Assembly: GCF_009914755.1 (NCBI RefSeq)
Contig: NC_060930.1
From: the human T2T-CHM13v2.0 reference genome, Homo sapiens
DNA length: 64,000 bases
Direction: 5' to 3' (one strand)
Shown: positions 13,090-25,810 of the stretch, piece by piece
How the letters are laid out: every line of letters starts with the position of its first letter
How positions within the stretch are numbered: position 1 is the stretch's first letter
The notes under the pieces: generated by a model
What the model was told of the DNA's origin: nothing
Databases searched by the model: none
Seen by the model: the letters and a program-made list of their open reading frames with translations, nothing else
Made by a program: the position numbers and the translations under genes

Positions 13090-13180
13090 AAATGTTTATC
13101 TGTTATGTGCCAATTTCTGTGTTTGGCTTTGGAGAAACCAAAATAAATAGAACCTGGTTGCTGCCCTTGGGAAGCATAAA
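13090..13180 (-). mobile_element. L2 3' end fragment
   Basis: tatctgttatgtgcca...tggttgctgcccttgggaagc. Confidence 0.5.
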
Positions 13181-13389
13181 TCTCAGAAAAGTTTCTGAAA
13201 ACACTTCTTTATCTTTCCTCCAGTGCTCTTAAAGTCATTTTTTTTTCTCTAACAAGTTTATTGCTCAGTGGTGGTCACCAACTCCATTTTTTTAATGTTA
13301 TTTAAAAATATCCAAGAAAGCTGTCATACAGCTGAAAGTATGCAGAATATAAGTGAGAGAATTACATTAGGAAAAAAACTGGGCACATT

Positions 13390-13580
13390 TTGAGCACTCA
13401 ATACGCATGATTTTATTGAATACTTAGGACAGTCTTATGGTATGCGCTTTATATAAGATTTATGAAGGGGAAAAATGAGACTCCTAGAGGTTAAGAGATA
13501 TGACCAGACTTGTAAGCAGAGATGCTGGGATTTCAGTCTTATCTAGTGATATCCAAAGCTTTTGCATTTCCAATTGGATC
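13390..13580 (-). mobile_element. MIR
   Basis: gaaaaatgagactcctagaggttaagaga...gcagagatgctgggatttc. Confidence 0.6.
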
Positions 13581-14668
13581 ACGGCATCTCCCACGTAGTT
13601 TTGGTACCTGATTTCTAGTCTGGGAGAAGGTTCCCTATGGAACCTGAGGTTTATAGAGCAGCAAATTTTCCTACTATACCAGGTAGATTAGTAGAATCTA
13701 TGTTAAAATAGGTTCACTGTACAAATATATAAAATTAAGAGGTAGCAAAACCAGACTTAAATACATTTGGTTAGAAATCCTTCCAGTAAGGAGTGTTTCT
13801 TAACCTATTTTGTCAATTTTTGGCAGCAGAATCATGACCTTACTAGTCATTCAGGAATCCACTTGAATTATCAGGAAAGACTTCTTAGCTTGGGACTTTA
13901 CAATAAAAATATTAGTTGAAAATGGCTAAACCCACACCCTGTAATAACCATTAACACTTCACTGAAACACAATAACTTGTAGTAATTAAAGTACTACAAG
14001 GCAGTACCTATTAGCAGTATAAACTGCTAATTTTAATTCACTAAGAAACTATCGAAATAATTAGCCTATGGGGCTTGGGAATCACTTGCTTTTTGTGTAT
14101 CTGGATTTCTCTTCCAAATTTGCGAGTCATTCTGTTTGATCATGCTGTTCTTGTCTCATCTTGGTCTGCTTCTTTGCATCAAGTTTATTATTACATTGAC
14201 AGGAATTTCTTGGGTTTTGTCCACGTGATTATTATTCAAAGGTCACTTAAGTATAGTCTTTGTCTCTTCTCTTTAAAAGGAAACCTTCTAAGATACTTTC
14301 TGTTAGGCAGCTTCCGTCTAGTTCTCTTTGCTATAGTGCACTAGCACTAGCACTGTGCTGGGTTGCTACCCGCGGCCTGCATATTCTTTTCTGTGGTAGA
14401 AGGAAGAGATTTTACTCTGCTTATTTTCTGGTAGAAGAAGAAATTCCAGATAGAAATCTAAGCTAGAAATGGATCTCCTGTTATCAAGAACCATGGATGC
14501 ATTATCAACTTCATGCTTAATATAGTTATATATCTTCACTTACTTAGGCAGTTTTACTCTTTAATCATATTTCTCCTAAAATCATGTAGGCTTGAAAGGC
14601 AAGACTTTTTGGAAGAGCATGGTTTCTTTAGAAAGCATGAAGCATTACTAAAATCTGTTACTTTTTAG

Positions 14669-15083
14669 TTGTCTCATCCTGGGTCTCTGAGATGGAGATT
14701 AGCCTGCAGGAAACTTAATAGGAATGTTTTTGAGATCCACACTTATTAGGGATGGGAAGGAAGGGAGACAGGATAAGGTAGGGGACTGTGATACAGTCAT
14801 GATAAAACCTTGACCAACCCAATAGCAAGCTCTGAAACTGAAATACTGTACCCATCAGAGCTGTATTTGGTTAGGGCAAGGAGCTGGGCCTTTAATCCTG
14901 TGTGTTTACCAGTCATTCAATGGAGGCTGCTACTGAAGTTAGTATGACCTTGGCTGAGGCAACTTTTTCAATGGAGGGAATTCTGGAAACAAATTAACAG
15001 CTGAGAGCTGTCCCAGTAGCTGGGGAATAAATCCCTCAGTGCTAAAGACAGGATCTTGGCAGCACAATGCAGCATTCGTGACA
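14669..15083 (-). mobile_element. LTR16-like ERVL solo LTR
   Basis: ctctgagatggagattagcctgcaggaaacttaataggaatg...cttggctgaggcaact...gctgagagctg, typical of antisense LTR16. Confidence 0.65.
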
Positions 15084-15894
15084 CTAGTGTTTCATGAAGA
15101 GGAAATAATGACATAGATTAGGCCAATCTGTCTCAACCATTTCAAATCATTCTTTTTGATAAACATAAAGCATTATTTTGATAGACCTCCCTGAGGAAGC
15201 AGTGGTGTTGCTCTGGTTGATAATCTGCATTCTTTGTATCTATCCGCTGGACAAGAATACACCCTGAGCCCTGGTATACATTAAGAGATACTTCTTTTCC
15301 TTTGCTTTCCTTCTCTCTTAATTGACCTGCTCAGATACTTCCATTAGGGCATCTGAGCTGTAACATTTCCTAATACTTTTCTGCAAAATGACCAAGATAA
15401 TATCTGTACAGTGATGTTGTGATACCCCTCCCTCCTTTCATGCATTATTCTATAATATCCTGCACTAAATGCTCACAGAAGATCAAGTGATTGATGTATA
15501 AAGAAGAACCAATGGATAAAACTTTTTACTTTCAAAAGTTTTTAGCAAGATTCCGCATCAAAAGCAAAGTATATAAATAAACAAAACTTAAATGTTATTG
15601 TCCTGAATAGAGTACTAATTCTTTTTTTACTGTATATATTTAAGGTGTATGACATAATTTGACCATATTTGTGAGGTCAAATGGCATATATAGCTATTAG
15701 ATATAGATTATATAGGAATATACGTTGAAATATGGGGATTATTAATTTATGCCAGATAGAGGAAGGAAGAGATTGTGTGGGTGAAAGAATTAATTATAAA
15801 GCAAAAGACAATAAACTGCTAAGGTTTCAAAGGAAAAATTGGTGATAAAAGCAGAAACTGTCTATAAATTTCTGAAGACGCTTGATATATTCTC

Positions 15895-16010
15895 CAGCAA
15901 ACATTCATTAAGTTTTCTTGATGCGCTGTGCTATATGCTAGGTGCCTGGGATATGAAGATTAATAAGAAATGGGACTTGCTGCCAACCAAATTACTATTT
16001 AGTGGTAATA
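15895..16010 (-). mobile_element. L2 3' end fragment
   Basis: cagcaaacattcattaag...tgctaggtgcctgggatatgaagattaataag. Confidence 0.55.
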
Positions 16011-16446
16011 CACAGGGAAGATGTGCACAGGGGTCTCAGTGGCCACCTGAATATGTATACTCAGATGCTTACACTCTTAGGTAACGCTCCTCAAACTTTC
16101 CCAGCTTCTACTCTATCTTTTTTTGGGGGGAGATGATGATGATTATAGGTTAGTTAATTATCTATAAAGGAAATTGAATATTATGTAATAATTATAATAA
16201 CATATCTCAGGGTGTGCTTATTGGGACGGGATATGTATTACTCTGATTGCAGAGACTAGGGAGAAATGATGGATCTGTAGGGAAGAAGATAAACTCATCA
16301 GCATGCCAAACCCTACGGTAGTTTGTTGTCTTTGTTGGCTAGAAGGGGGCTGAGGCTTAAGAAGTCAAAACATTTTCAATGTGGGTTAGAACACACATAG
16401 TTAAAGCATACTTTCTTGTAAAAGGAGAGGATTGGACTTTAAAGTA

Positions 16447-16540
16447 AGGCATGGTGTAGTAAAATGTGGATCTGAGATAAGAGTCAAAAGACTCTACCAC
16501 TTGTTTGCTATGCAAATGGCCAACTTGTTAAACTTTACTT
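16447..16540 (+). mobile_element. MIR 5' fragment
   Basis: ggcatggtgtagtaaaa...gagtcaaaagactctaccacttg...tgcaaatggccaacttgttaaactt. Confidence 0.45.
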
Positions 16541-17184
16541 TTCATTTGTATTTTGGTACTAATATTTGGCCTATTTATATAAGAGGACCAAAGGACACAA
16601 CCATATACAAATATAATTTTAAAACTTTTAAGTATAATGAAAATGCAATAAATTATAAAATTATAGATTATAACCCACCAAGTGTCATCAAAATCCAAGT
16701 GGTATTGTAGAGTGTTGTCTGCAAAACTGGTAATGATGGGGGAAATATGACAAAAAACTTTACAAGTATTATAAGTGATAATTAAAATGGCCACAAGAAT
16801 ATTAGGCATTATTTGGAAAGGCACAGGGAAAAATAGCTACAACTGAGCAAAACCTTGTGTATCTGTATCTGGAATGATGAAATTCTGGAATTGCATTGTG
16901 AGGAAAAAATAAACGTGTGGATCACAAAAGTAACTGGCCACGAATGTAATCAGGTAAACGTAGAGATGTCCATATGTGGAGAAAAAAGAGATATTGACAC
17001 TATTTAGAAATATTGATCCTAAATAGTCTCAAAAAATGGTAGTTAACATAATGTATGAATTCAAGTCTATAAAAATCACCAAGATTAAGGATCATGTGAA
17101 TGTTTTATCAGTACAGGAGTACTGGATTTGTGGAACAGCTATCCCTTGATTTCTGAAAGAGATACCGAGATAAAAAGACCTGCT

Positions 17185-17741
17185 TAACATAGGAGGTCAT
17201 TATCCTGGGGGAAACAATGTACCAAATGTTGATGGATGAGAGATATCAAGACCAGATTGCCTCACATTTCTTCTCCTCCTCCCTAGCATGGGGTTGGAGT
17301 GGTGTGGGCAAGATTGTGCAGCCTTCATCTCGAAAAGGTTGCAGGGTGTACATTTCTGTGATTTTGCCTGGTTGTTTCCTAGTCACCTGCTTTTCCACAG
17401 GAGGAGTTTAAGAAGAGTAATAAGGATGATGATGTGTGACTTCCGTGCTCCCTTGCCTCTCAGTCCTCAGGCATCCCCCATGCCTGAGAACTCACAGGGT
17501 TATTGAGATTCCCTCAAATTCAGAGTCACGAATCTGTGCCTACATTAGACCCCACCCAGAGACCTGGAAGTCTTTTCGTCTCAGAATGGATTTGTCAGTC
17601 GTGGGATATTTTGTGAGCATTTCTCCTGTGCCCAGGATTGCAGTCACCTTTGGCTTGGGTAGCCACTTCCTGGCAGGTTTCTTTATTAATAAATTGTTGT
17701 TTGCTTATAGAAGTTAGTCTCAAATGAATATTGCCCAACAA
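17185..17741 (+). mobile_element. Putative old ERV LTR (family uncertain)
   Basis: GC-richer block of about 550 bp with AATAAA near its end and a ...caaca terminus; weak resemblance to ERVL LTRs. Confidence 0.3.
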
Positions 17742-18351
17742 GCCTTATTCTTAAATTTCTTTGGCCCCTTTTGCTTTTGGCTGGGATTACTTGGACTTTT
17801 TGTAACAACAATTTTTATTGAATACTAGAGAGTCATAAATCCGACACAAATATCCCACAGGCAATGCTTATTTACTTTCACATAACAGTTTAATGACTTT
17901 AAACCATGGTTCTGTGACAAGTTAGAGAAGTCCAAAATACCTGTGCAAATTACATATAATCAAGGGCTGTGGCAGCTTAGTGAAATACCGTTATGCTGCC
18001 AAATAAGAGCATTTAATTCATAGAAATTACAATTTGCTTTTCTATGCCTATTTTACATCTTTTTGCCTTTTATCATTTGAATGAGGATCAATTTTCCAGA
18101 GTTCATATGCTATGAAACAATGTAATCATATATCATAAACTGGGTTTCTTTGATCTCAGTGCTCTGTTGCTTCCTGATAGTGTTCCATCAAAAAGAATTA
18201 GATATTTGCCCTTTGCAAATAACAAGGAGATATTTGATATACTCCATAAAAGAAGATATATTATTACCTTGATTGACAAAGCAAACTCACAGCACAATTA
18301 TTGTTAGAAAGCCCAGTGTTACACTCTAAAATAATAAAAAGCACAACTGTT

Positions 18352-19830
18352 CCTTATTTATTTAACAAATTATTAATTGATCATCTACTATGTGTCAGAC
18401 ACTGTGCTAGCTCTGACAGTTCATCAGTGAACAAAATTGTTTGTCCTCAGAGAGCTGATATTCTCCTGGAAAAAGGCAATAAAGTAATAGATAACTAAAT
18501 TGTATGATATTTTGTATGCTAAATGCTGTGAGACTACAGAGCAGGGTGAGGATGATGGGGAGAACTGGAGTGGATTACATTTTAAGTAAAATGGTGAAGA
18601 TAGCTGCAATGAGGAGATAGAATCTGCAGAAAGGACTGAAAGTGAGTGTATTAGTTTCCTAGGGTTGCCATAACAAAGTACTACAAACAGAATAATTTAA
18701 AATAATAGAAATGGATTGTCTCACAGTTGTGTAGGCTAGAAGTCTGAAATAAAGGTGTCAGCAGGGCCATGACTCCTCTGAAACTTGTAGGAGAGAATCC
18801 TTCCTTTTTTCTTCCCAGTTTCTGGTGGCTCCTGGCACTCATTGACATTCCTTGGCTTGTAGCTGCATCACTGCAATCTCTGCTCCATCTCTTCACATGG
18901 GCCTCTATTTTGTGTGTGTCTCTGAATGTCCACTCCTCTTTTTATAAGGACAGCAGTCATATTGGTCTACTCTAGTGACCATAATCTTAACTTGATTAAA
19001 TCTACAGAGACCCTATGTCTAAATAAGGTCACATTCATAAGTACTGGGAATTAGGACTTCAACATATCTTTGTTGAAGATCAAACAATTGTGTCCCTGTG
19101 GGGGACAAAGTTCAATCTATAACTATGAGATAATTAGCAATGCAGGTATTTGTGTTTGGGGTCCAGGGACCAGTACAAAGGAGCTGAAGAGGGTGCATGA
19201 CTGGTGTGTTTGAAAAACTTCAGGGAGCTCATTTATCTTGCATAGGGTTAGTGATGAGTCGAATAGACGGCATGAAGTCTGAGAAGAACCAGGAGACAGC
19301 CTGGTGAGGGACTTGTAGGCCACTAGTGATCTTGGCTTTTTAATGCAAAGTGGAATAGGGAGCTTTAGGGATTTGATTTATGTCTTAAATGCTTCACTCT
19401 GTCAGCCGTGTTGAGAATAAATTACAGAGGTAAAGGAAGATGCAGCGAATGTGATTAGAAGCAATCTGATCGCAATATTCCAGTGAAGGATGATGTGGGC
19501 TTGGGTCAGGGTGGTGGCAGTAGAAGTGGTAAAAAGTTACTGGATGGATTCTGGGTAGATTTTGAAGATATAGCTCGAAGGTTTGCTGATTGTTTGGATG
19601 TAGGTGTGAGAAGGGAGTCAAGGGTGAATCCAAGGATTTTGACATGAGTAACCGGAAGGATGGAGTTGCACTGAGTGATATGCAGAAGCCAGTGGAGCAA
19701 GTTTGGAGGCAGGATTAGAAGCCCCATCTAGGTCATGTAATGTACAAGATGATTGGAGTGGAGAGGTTGGATGGTCAGTTTTGCATAAACAGTTGAAGTT
19801 GAGGTGAGAGATCTGACAGAAGAGCTGCCT
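18352..19830 (-). mobile_element. L2a 3' region, split by MLT1C
   Basis: L2 3' end (atttaacaaattattaattgatcatctactatgtgtcagacactgtgctag) at 18352-18646, continuing after 19125 (ggattctgggtagattttgaag...ggagtcaagggtgaatccaaggattttgac). Confidence 0.85.
18647..19124 (-). mobile_element. MLT1C/B MaLR solo LTR
   Basis: tgtattagtttcctagggttgccataacaaagtac ... aaataaggtcacattc ... ggggacaaagttcaatctataac. Near-TSD gtgag/atgag. Confidence 0.85.
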
Positions 19831-20807
19831 CTTGCTAGATAGTATTTGTGCAAATTAGCACCAGGCAGTTCTTCAGGACCAGTGACTCTCTGGGTCAAAT
19901 ACATTAACCCAGCTTCTCCTTTGCCTGAAAGTCTTCAGGCTGTGTTATCCCTGCGTATACCCTCCGTGGGAACTATATCCAACAGGCTGCTTCTTTCTTC
20001 CCTTCTTCACAGGAAGCCAGGTCCTGGCTTTTTATCCCTCTAGTCAGAATGACCTTGGACAAATCTAGAGAGGGTAGGTGTGTAAAGGCAGTGGATGACA
20101 GAGACTGATAGTAGGATATTTCGTTATTTTGGAATTTGAATGAAAAATAATAATTTACTTTTCTCATTTTCAATTAAATTTGTTATGGATTTTGTGATTG
20201 AAGCTACAGTATGGAGTGATGGATACATATTCAAAACAAAAATATTTGGGGCCTGATTTTCCAATCACTAGACTTGAAGACCACTGTGAATTCTGGTTCA
20301 AATACAAACATGAGCTATGTGTACCACCATTGCTAAGGCACACACAGACAGATACATGCAACACCTCTATTCCTTCCAAATTTTATTTGGATGGGGCACT
20401 TCCTGGTGGTACAGGATGGTTAGCTCCACCTTGGTGGTTTCAGTCAGTGGCTGCTTTGTTCCAGAGGCACCCTTCTGCACTCCTCTCCTTACACTGCTTT
20501 TTCTGAACTTCCCTTTCCCATCTTCAATTCAGCACTCAGGAGACAGACATTTTCCTCAACACAAAGACAAATTATGAAGCAGAGTGGTGCGGTAGAACAA
20601 GCACTAGCTGGACTGAGCATCACAGATGTCAACAGATTTCTGCTGAACTTTGGAAAGGAAAAAAATAATAGCCAATTACCGACTGATTACAAATATTGGA
20701 AAATTAATTTTTTATCTGGATAGTGAAGGGGGAAAATCTTACTTAGTGTTTATTACCAGGCAATTCAGAATAAATTTCCTTATCTTTAAAGATTATTTCT
20801 AAATTAT

Positions 20808-20880
20808 CTAGCTCATTCATTTCCACAAGTATTTGCTAAATGCCCTCATACACCAGGCCCTGGTATGGGCATAGAGGTAA
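20808..20880 (-). mobile_element. L2 3' end fragment
   Basis: ctcattcatttccacaagtatttgctaaatgccc...ccaggccctgg. Confidence 0.5.
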
Positions 20881-21932
20881 TTCTCTATTTCACTTTGGTG
20901 GAAGGACTTGGTCTAAGAGGTCAAGACAGGGCAGAGGCAACTCAATGCTGGCTCTGCTGCTTCAGGTGAGCCAGGAGGGCAGCTAATGAAGATGGCAGAA
21001 CCAGAGTAGATGTGAAGCTGAGAAAAGGAAGGAAATGTAGACAGCCCGATAAAGGTGCGCCATATTAAAATGAGACTCAGTTTTGTTTCAGCTCCTTTGA
21101 CAAAGCAGATGTTAGCTTAGTTGACACATTCAACAAAATATAAGCAAAAGAACACTATTGGAAAAAAAAGATTTCCTTTGTCGCTCTGTGTGATGAGAGG
21201 AGTAAGCATTGTCAGCAGAATTTTCACACGGGCTGGGAATGTTTCCTAGTGTTTAGTGTAACATCACATTGACAGCATCTTCATTATTATTCAGGCTGAG
21301 ATCTGCCGGTGTGATGGAAGTTGAAAGACAGGATTTTTGTTGCTAAATTCTTTGCCTGTGCCATGTCTGAACTGCCTTCCTTATGTGTTGTTTTTAATGG
21401 CAGTCTGAAAGACCTCAAGATGAATAACTCACTTGAAATAGCAGCTGTGGAAATACATTGTTAAGAAAGAAAGAGAAAAAGAAAAAGATTCTGGCTGTTC
21501 AGCACAAGTGCTAGCTAGAACTGGCATTTGGATATGTGGGGTCCACTGGGCATGATTGATAGTTAATATGCTGGGAAAGAAATATTAAAGAAGATGAAGG
21601 AGATGTATGTGTTACCATTCCACTGGCATAAAATGTGGATATAGAGGTTAAGAAAGACTGATTATCACTAGATAATTTATAAATATATTTGGATACATAT
21701 ACTTGGGTAAAATTGTTCTATTATTATTTATAGAATGTTATACAGTATTTAAAATGAATAATTTCAGCAGGAACTTAATAAAACAATGCGGTGGGATCAC
21801 TTTAGTGATTCCAATCATGTAGTTTGTTCTTGTAATTTTACGATACTGTTAGAACATAGACAACGGTGTGTTCTCCTCTCTCTGTAAATAGGCTGTTTCT
21901 GGCCTTCCCTTTCCCATCCCCACCATCCCCAC

Positions 21933-22241
21933 TGTTGTAGGAAAAACCAGGTTCTTGTCACACCACCAGGAAAGATGAGGCTCGCAGACACTTTGAAGGG
22001 TGGGGGAGAATGGAGTTTATTGGGCAAAAAGGAAAAATCTCCACAAAGTGGGAGGGGTTCCTGTTAACAGGCCCCCATCTCACAGATTGAATCCCAGGTT
22101 AGCACACAGGAACCGGAGGGGCCAGGCTCCTCCTCCCTGCTCCCTGCAAATCTCATGAACTTCCTGAGGCATCACCCTGTCTTCCCAGTGCACAGGCCAG
22201 TTGGAGATGATCAGGGGAGCCCTTTTTACTTGGCTGTCTCA
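21933..22241 (-). mobile_element. MER61A/B-like ERV1 solo LTR
   Basis: Minus strand begins TGAGACAGCCAAGTAAAAAGG, has AATAAA (tttatt on + near 22016) and ends ...CA. Confidence 0.7.
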
Positions 22242-23022
22242 ATACCATAATCATTATCACTGTGGTTGCCCAGAAGCATTTGTTGCAATGCCCGTGGGCT
22301 GGACATTAGGTTGAGCAGCATGCAGTTTCAGAAGTGATTTTTAGTTTAAAGGCAACATTCCATTCAGCGCCTCGGATGTGTGATATGTGAGATCCAGCTT
22401 TGAGGGGATAGGTGGGGATAAGAAGGCCATCTCCATTGAGTGCAAGAGAGGAAAGGGTTAAAGTAAAAAGGGGGTACTCTGCCAAAGAAGGGACCCCAAA
22501 TTTATCTTCTTTATTGGAGCAGATGGATGGAGAACAGCTTTTGTGTTTGTTTTTAAGTTGTTGAAACTTTATAAGAAACACCTCCATTAGTAAAAATTTA
22601 TTGTCCTGTCTCAATTATCGAAAAGATGATACTTTTCTTTAACTCTATGAGAGAAAACTTTGGTACAGATGAGAGTGTGTCGAACCTCCCTCCTCCCATT
22701 TTGTATGGTACCTGGGCATGGAGAGCAAGTACTCCAAGGTATTGAAATGTCTTTTTCTTCCTAAGCAGTCAATGAAAGAGCCTTGTCTTTTCAATCACGA
22801 GAATATAGAACATTAGTGGCTCATGAAATGTCAAAAATGAAAACCAGACTGATGTTTCATAAAGCCAGGCGTTGTAGAGGAACTATCAGTGGAATTTTCA
22901 TTTTCATTGCCCGTGCAGGCAAATCCACCATATCTCTTTACCACTATGGATGGGTTAAGAGGTTGTTAAAGGTTTAAAAGATGCCTGGATTTCATTTTGT
23001 ATTTTGCTCTCATTCTCTTCAG

Positions 23023-23132
23023 TGAAAATGGGGCTTGGAAGGCTTTCAGAATTCTTCACTATAGGTTTGCCCCAGTGACAACCCATAATTTTAAAGTGAG
23101 CATGCACTGGCAGATTGTCACCAATAAAGTAG
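23023..23132 (+). other. Candidate exon (110 nt)
   Basis: Acceptor ttttgtattttgctctcattctcttcag| and donor TAG|gtaagt in unique sequence; no expression evidence. Confidence 0.3.
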
Positions 23133-24234
23133 GTAAGTGTGAGATTTTGGTGGCCGAAGGACTCGGAGCATCTTCAAGAAATTATTAGTCAGAGGCAGCT
23201 TTATAATTTTCATTGGGGATGGTGATTTGACTCTGTTACTGTGTAGAAGAGGCTGGTGTGGAGGGTGATATAGCAATTAAGTTTACCTACCATGTTAGAA
23301 TTGTGAATGTAAGAATTTTATGTACACTAGCCTATGGGTTGCATAATAATACTTTCAATTATTACTTTCCTCTTTTTTCCTCTTCTGAATATGCTGTCTT
23401 CTGCCTTCACTGCTTCAATGAAGGGATGATACTACAAAACACAAAAACAGAGAAATCAGGTCTTACTTTTTGTGTTTCTAATGCCTAGGTCCTGGGGAGA
23501 CAGGATGTAAAAATACACGTGACACAGGGAGAGCCAGTTCTTCATTCCTCATACTAGAAAAGGTCCTTAACTGATGAGAGAAGGGAGGAAGTTACAAGGT
23601 AAGCAGAAGAGTAAAAGATGTTGAGGGTTCCTAAGCAAGGGGCCCCTACCCTAGTTCCCTGGTCAGAGTCTGTGGTCCTCAGGTAATTCAGGGGAATCTG
23701 AGAGCAGAGAGGATCCAAGCCTCGTTGGTGTGGGATGGGGTTGGGTGGGAGGACAAGAGCAGTAAAGGGAGTAGAAAGGGGAGGAAATGCACGTAGCAAG
23801 ACTAATTTTTTTGTGTGTTCCCAACTGTGGGTCGGAAGCAATAAAGTAGAAGTGGCTGCACGTGGTGTCTGGGCAGACAAGGCTTAGATAATTTCATAAT
23901 TCTCTGTATCCCCCAAAGGATGGGGACAGCACATGGCTGTGCATGTGCCCAAACATAGCCTTACACATTCCTACTGAATTTCCCACACCCACGGTGGAGT
24001 GGGAACAGCTAAATGTTTCCCAAGTGCCCAAGGGGGATGTGGGAATGGCTCAGAGATGGCAGGTCCTGGAGCAGCCTTGTTGCTGGCAGTGAAGCATGAT
24101 GGAGTAACATCCATGAATAGATGACCCAAGTCCAGGAAGAATAAGGTCCGTCTCAGCAAAGCATCATTTAAAAGCTGTGGAGTCTCCAAAGTACTTGGAA
24201 ATAAAAGGGCATCTTGACTGCAACTTGCTCTAAG

Positions 24235-24365
24235 TATGAGAGGGTGTGGGTGGGAGAATGAAAAAGCAACTGTGATAAAATGTTAACATTTGGGAAATAT
24301 GGGGAAGGGTATACATAACTTTGTATTTTCTGTAAATCTGAAATTATTTCAAAATAACAAGTTAA
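24235..24365 (+). mobile_element. L1ME/MC 3' end fragment
   Basis: aaaatgttaacatttgggaaat..gggaagggtatac...ttttctgtaaatctgaaattatttcaaaataa. Confidence 0.65.
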
Positions 24366-24759
24366 GAAGCTACAGAGAGAGGCCAAAAAATAAAATAAAG
24401 CAATGTGTTTAGAGCAGACTGGGTCATGTTTGAGATCTGCAGAATATCATTTATTCAAAAAGAGCAGCCCTGCAGTACTGAATTAGTAATAGCTAGGGGC
24501 CCACCTCTTCACATCTGAAAAGAGAAAAAGAGGAACGGCTCACAGAAGCTTGGGGACATGTCACGGCAAGAGTGGAAGCAGAGTGTTAATTTGTTTTAAG
24601 CTGAAGTTAATATAAAGTGAAGTGAATGGCTTGGAGCAGCCCGTAGTTTGCAGAAAGATGAGTTTTGGAAAATCTTGAGCTTTTGGTAAGTAAGTGGCAA
24701 AATGTCTGATTTTACCTGGAAGCACTTTTTCAAATTAAATTTAATGCCTTTCTTTATTA

Positions 24760-25110
24760 TTTAATTCATCGATGAATTGTACATTAAGCAGTGTATAATA
24801 GGTGTTGTGCGAGCTAGGTTGTAGCTATGAAGATTTTCCTTCAAGATGTCTTTGAGTCTCTGGAGTGGCAAACATATGAATCCAATCATGAAATAATAGA
24901 ATTTAATAATAACTATACAAAGTTTATAAGTAAAATACTGTGGCAACAAAATAAAAATTATTTTTATTGGAGGGACAAGAAAGGTTTTGTGGAGAAGTGA
25001 CATTTTAGCCAGATTTTGAAGGTCAGTGGGATTTTAGCGAGTAGAGACGGGGAAGTTAAAGTTAGTTCTTAGGAAGAACATATGCTGAAATGCAGGCATC
25101 AAGAAATGGG
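24760..25110 (-). mobile_element. L2 fragment
   Basis: gtaaaatactgtgg...ggagaagtgacattttagccagattttgaaggtcagtgggatttt. Confidence 0.5.
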
Positions 25111-25156
25111 TAGATGGGGGCATTCTTCATAATGCTGCTTTGAGACTAGGAAATAG

Positions 25157-25590
<434 letters not shown>

Positions 25591-25599
25591 TAAGAATCC

Positions 25600-25805
25600 C
25601 ATGTCATTATCTTTAACCCCTTCCTTTCTCTACCTCTTCCCATATCCAATCAATCACCAAGTTCTATCAAATCCATCTCTAAATGTTTCTCAAATATTTT
25701 TATTTTCCCTATCCTCATCCTCACCTGTTCAAGTTGCAATCATTTTTTACCGAATTGCTCCAACAGCTAGAACTGGCACTCATATTTCATCCTCCTCTGA
25801 TCCAT
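25600..25805 (+). mobile_element. L2 fragment
   Basis: cccatatccaatcaatcaccaagttctatcaaatccatctctaaatgtttctcaaat. Confidence 0.6.
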
Positions 25806-25810
25806 AATAA

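Noticed and set aside
21933-22241. p53 response element in the MER61-like LTR
   Set aside because: No RRRCWWGYYY dimer visible in this copy.
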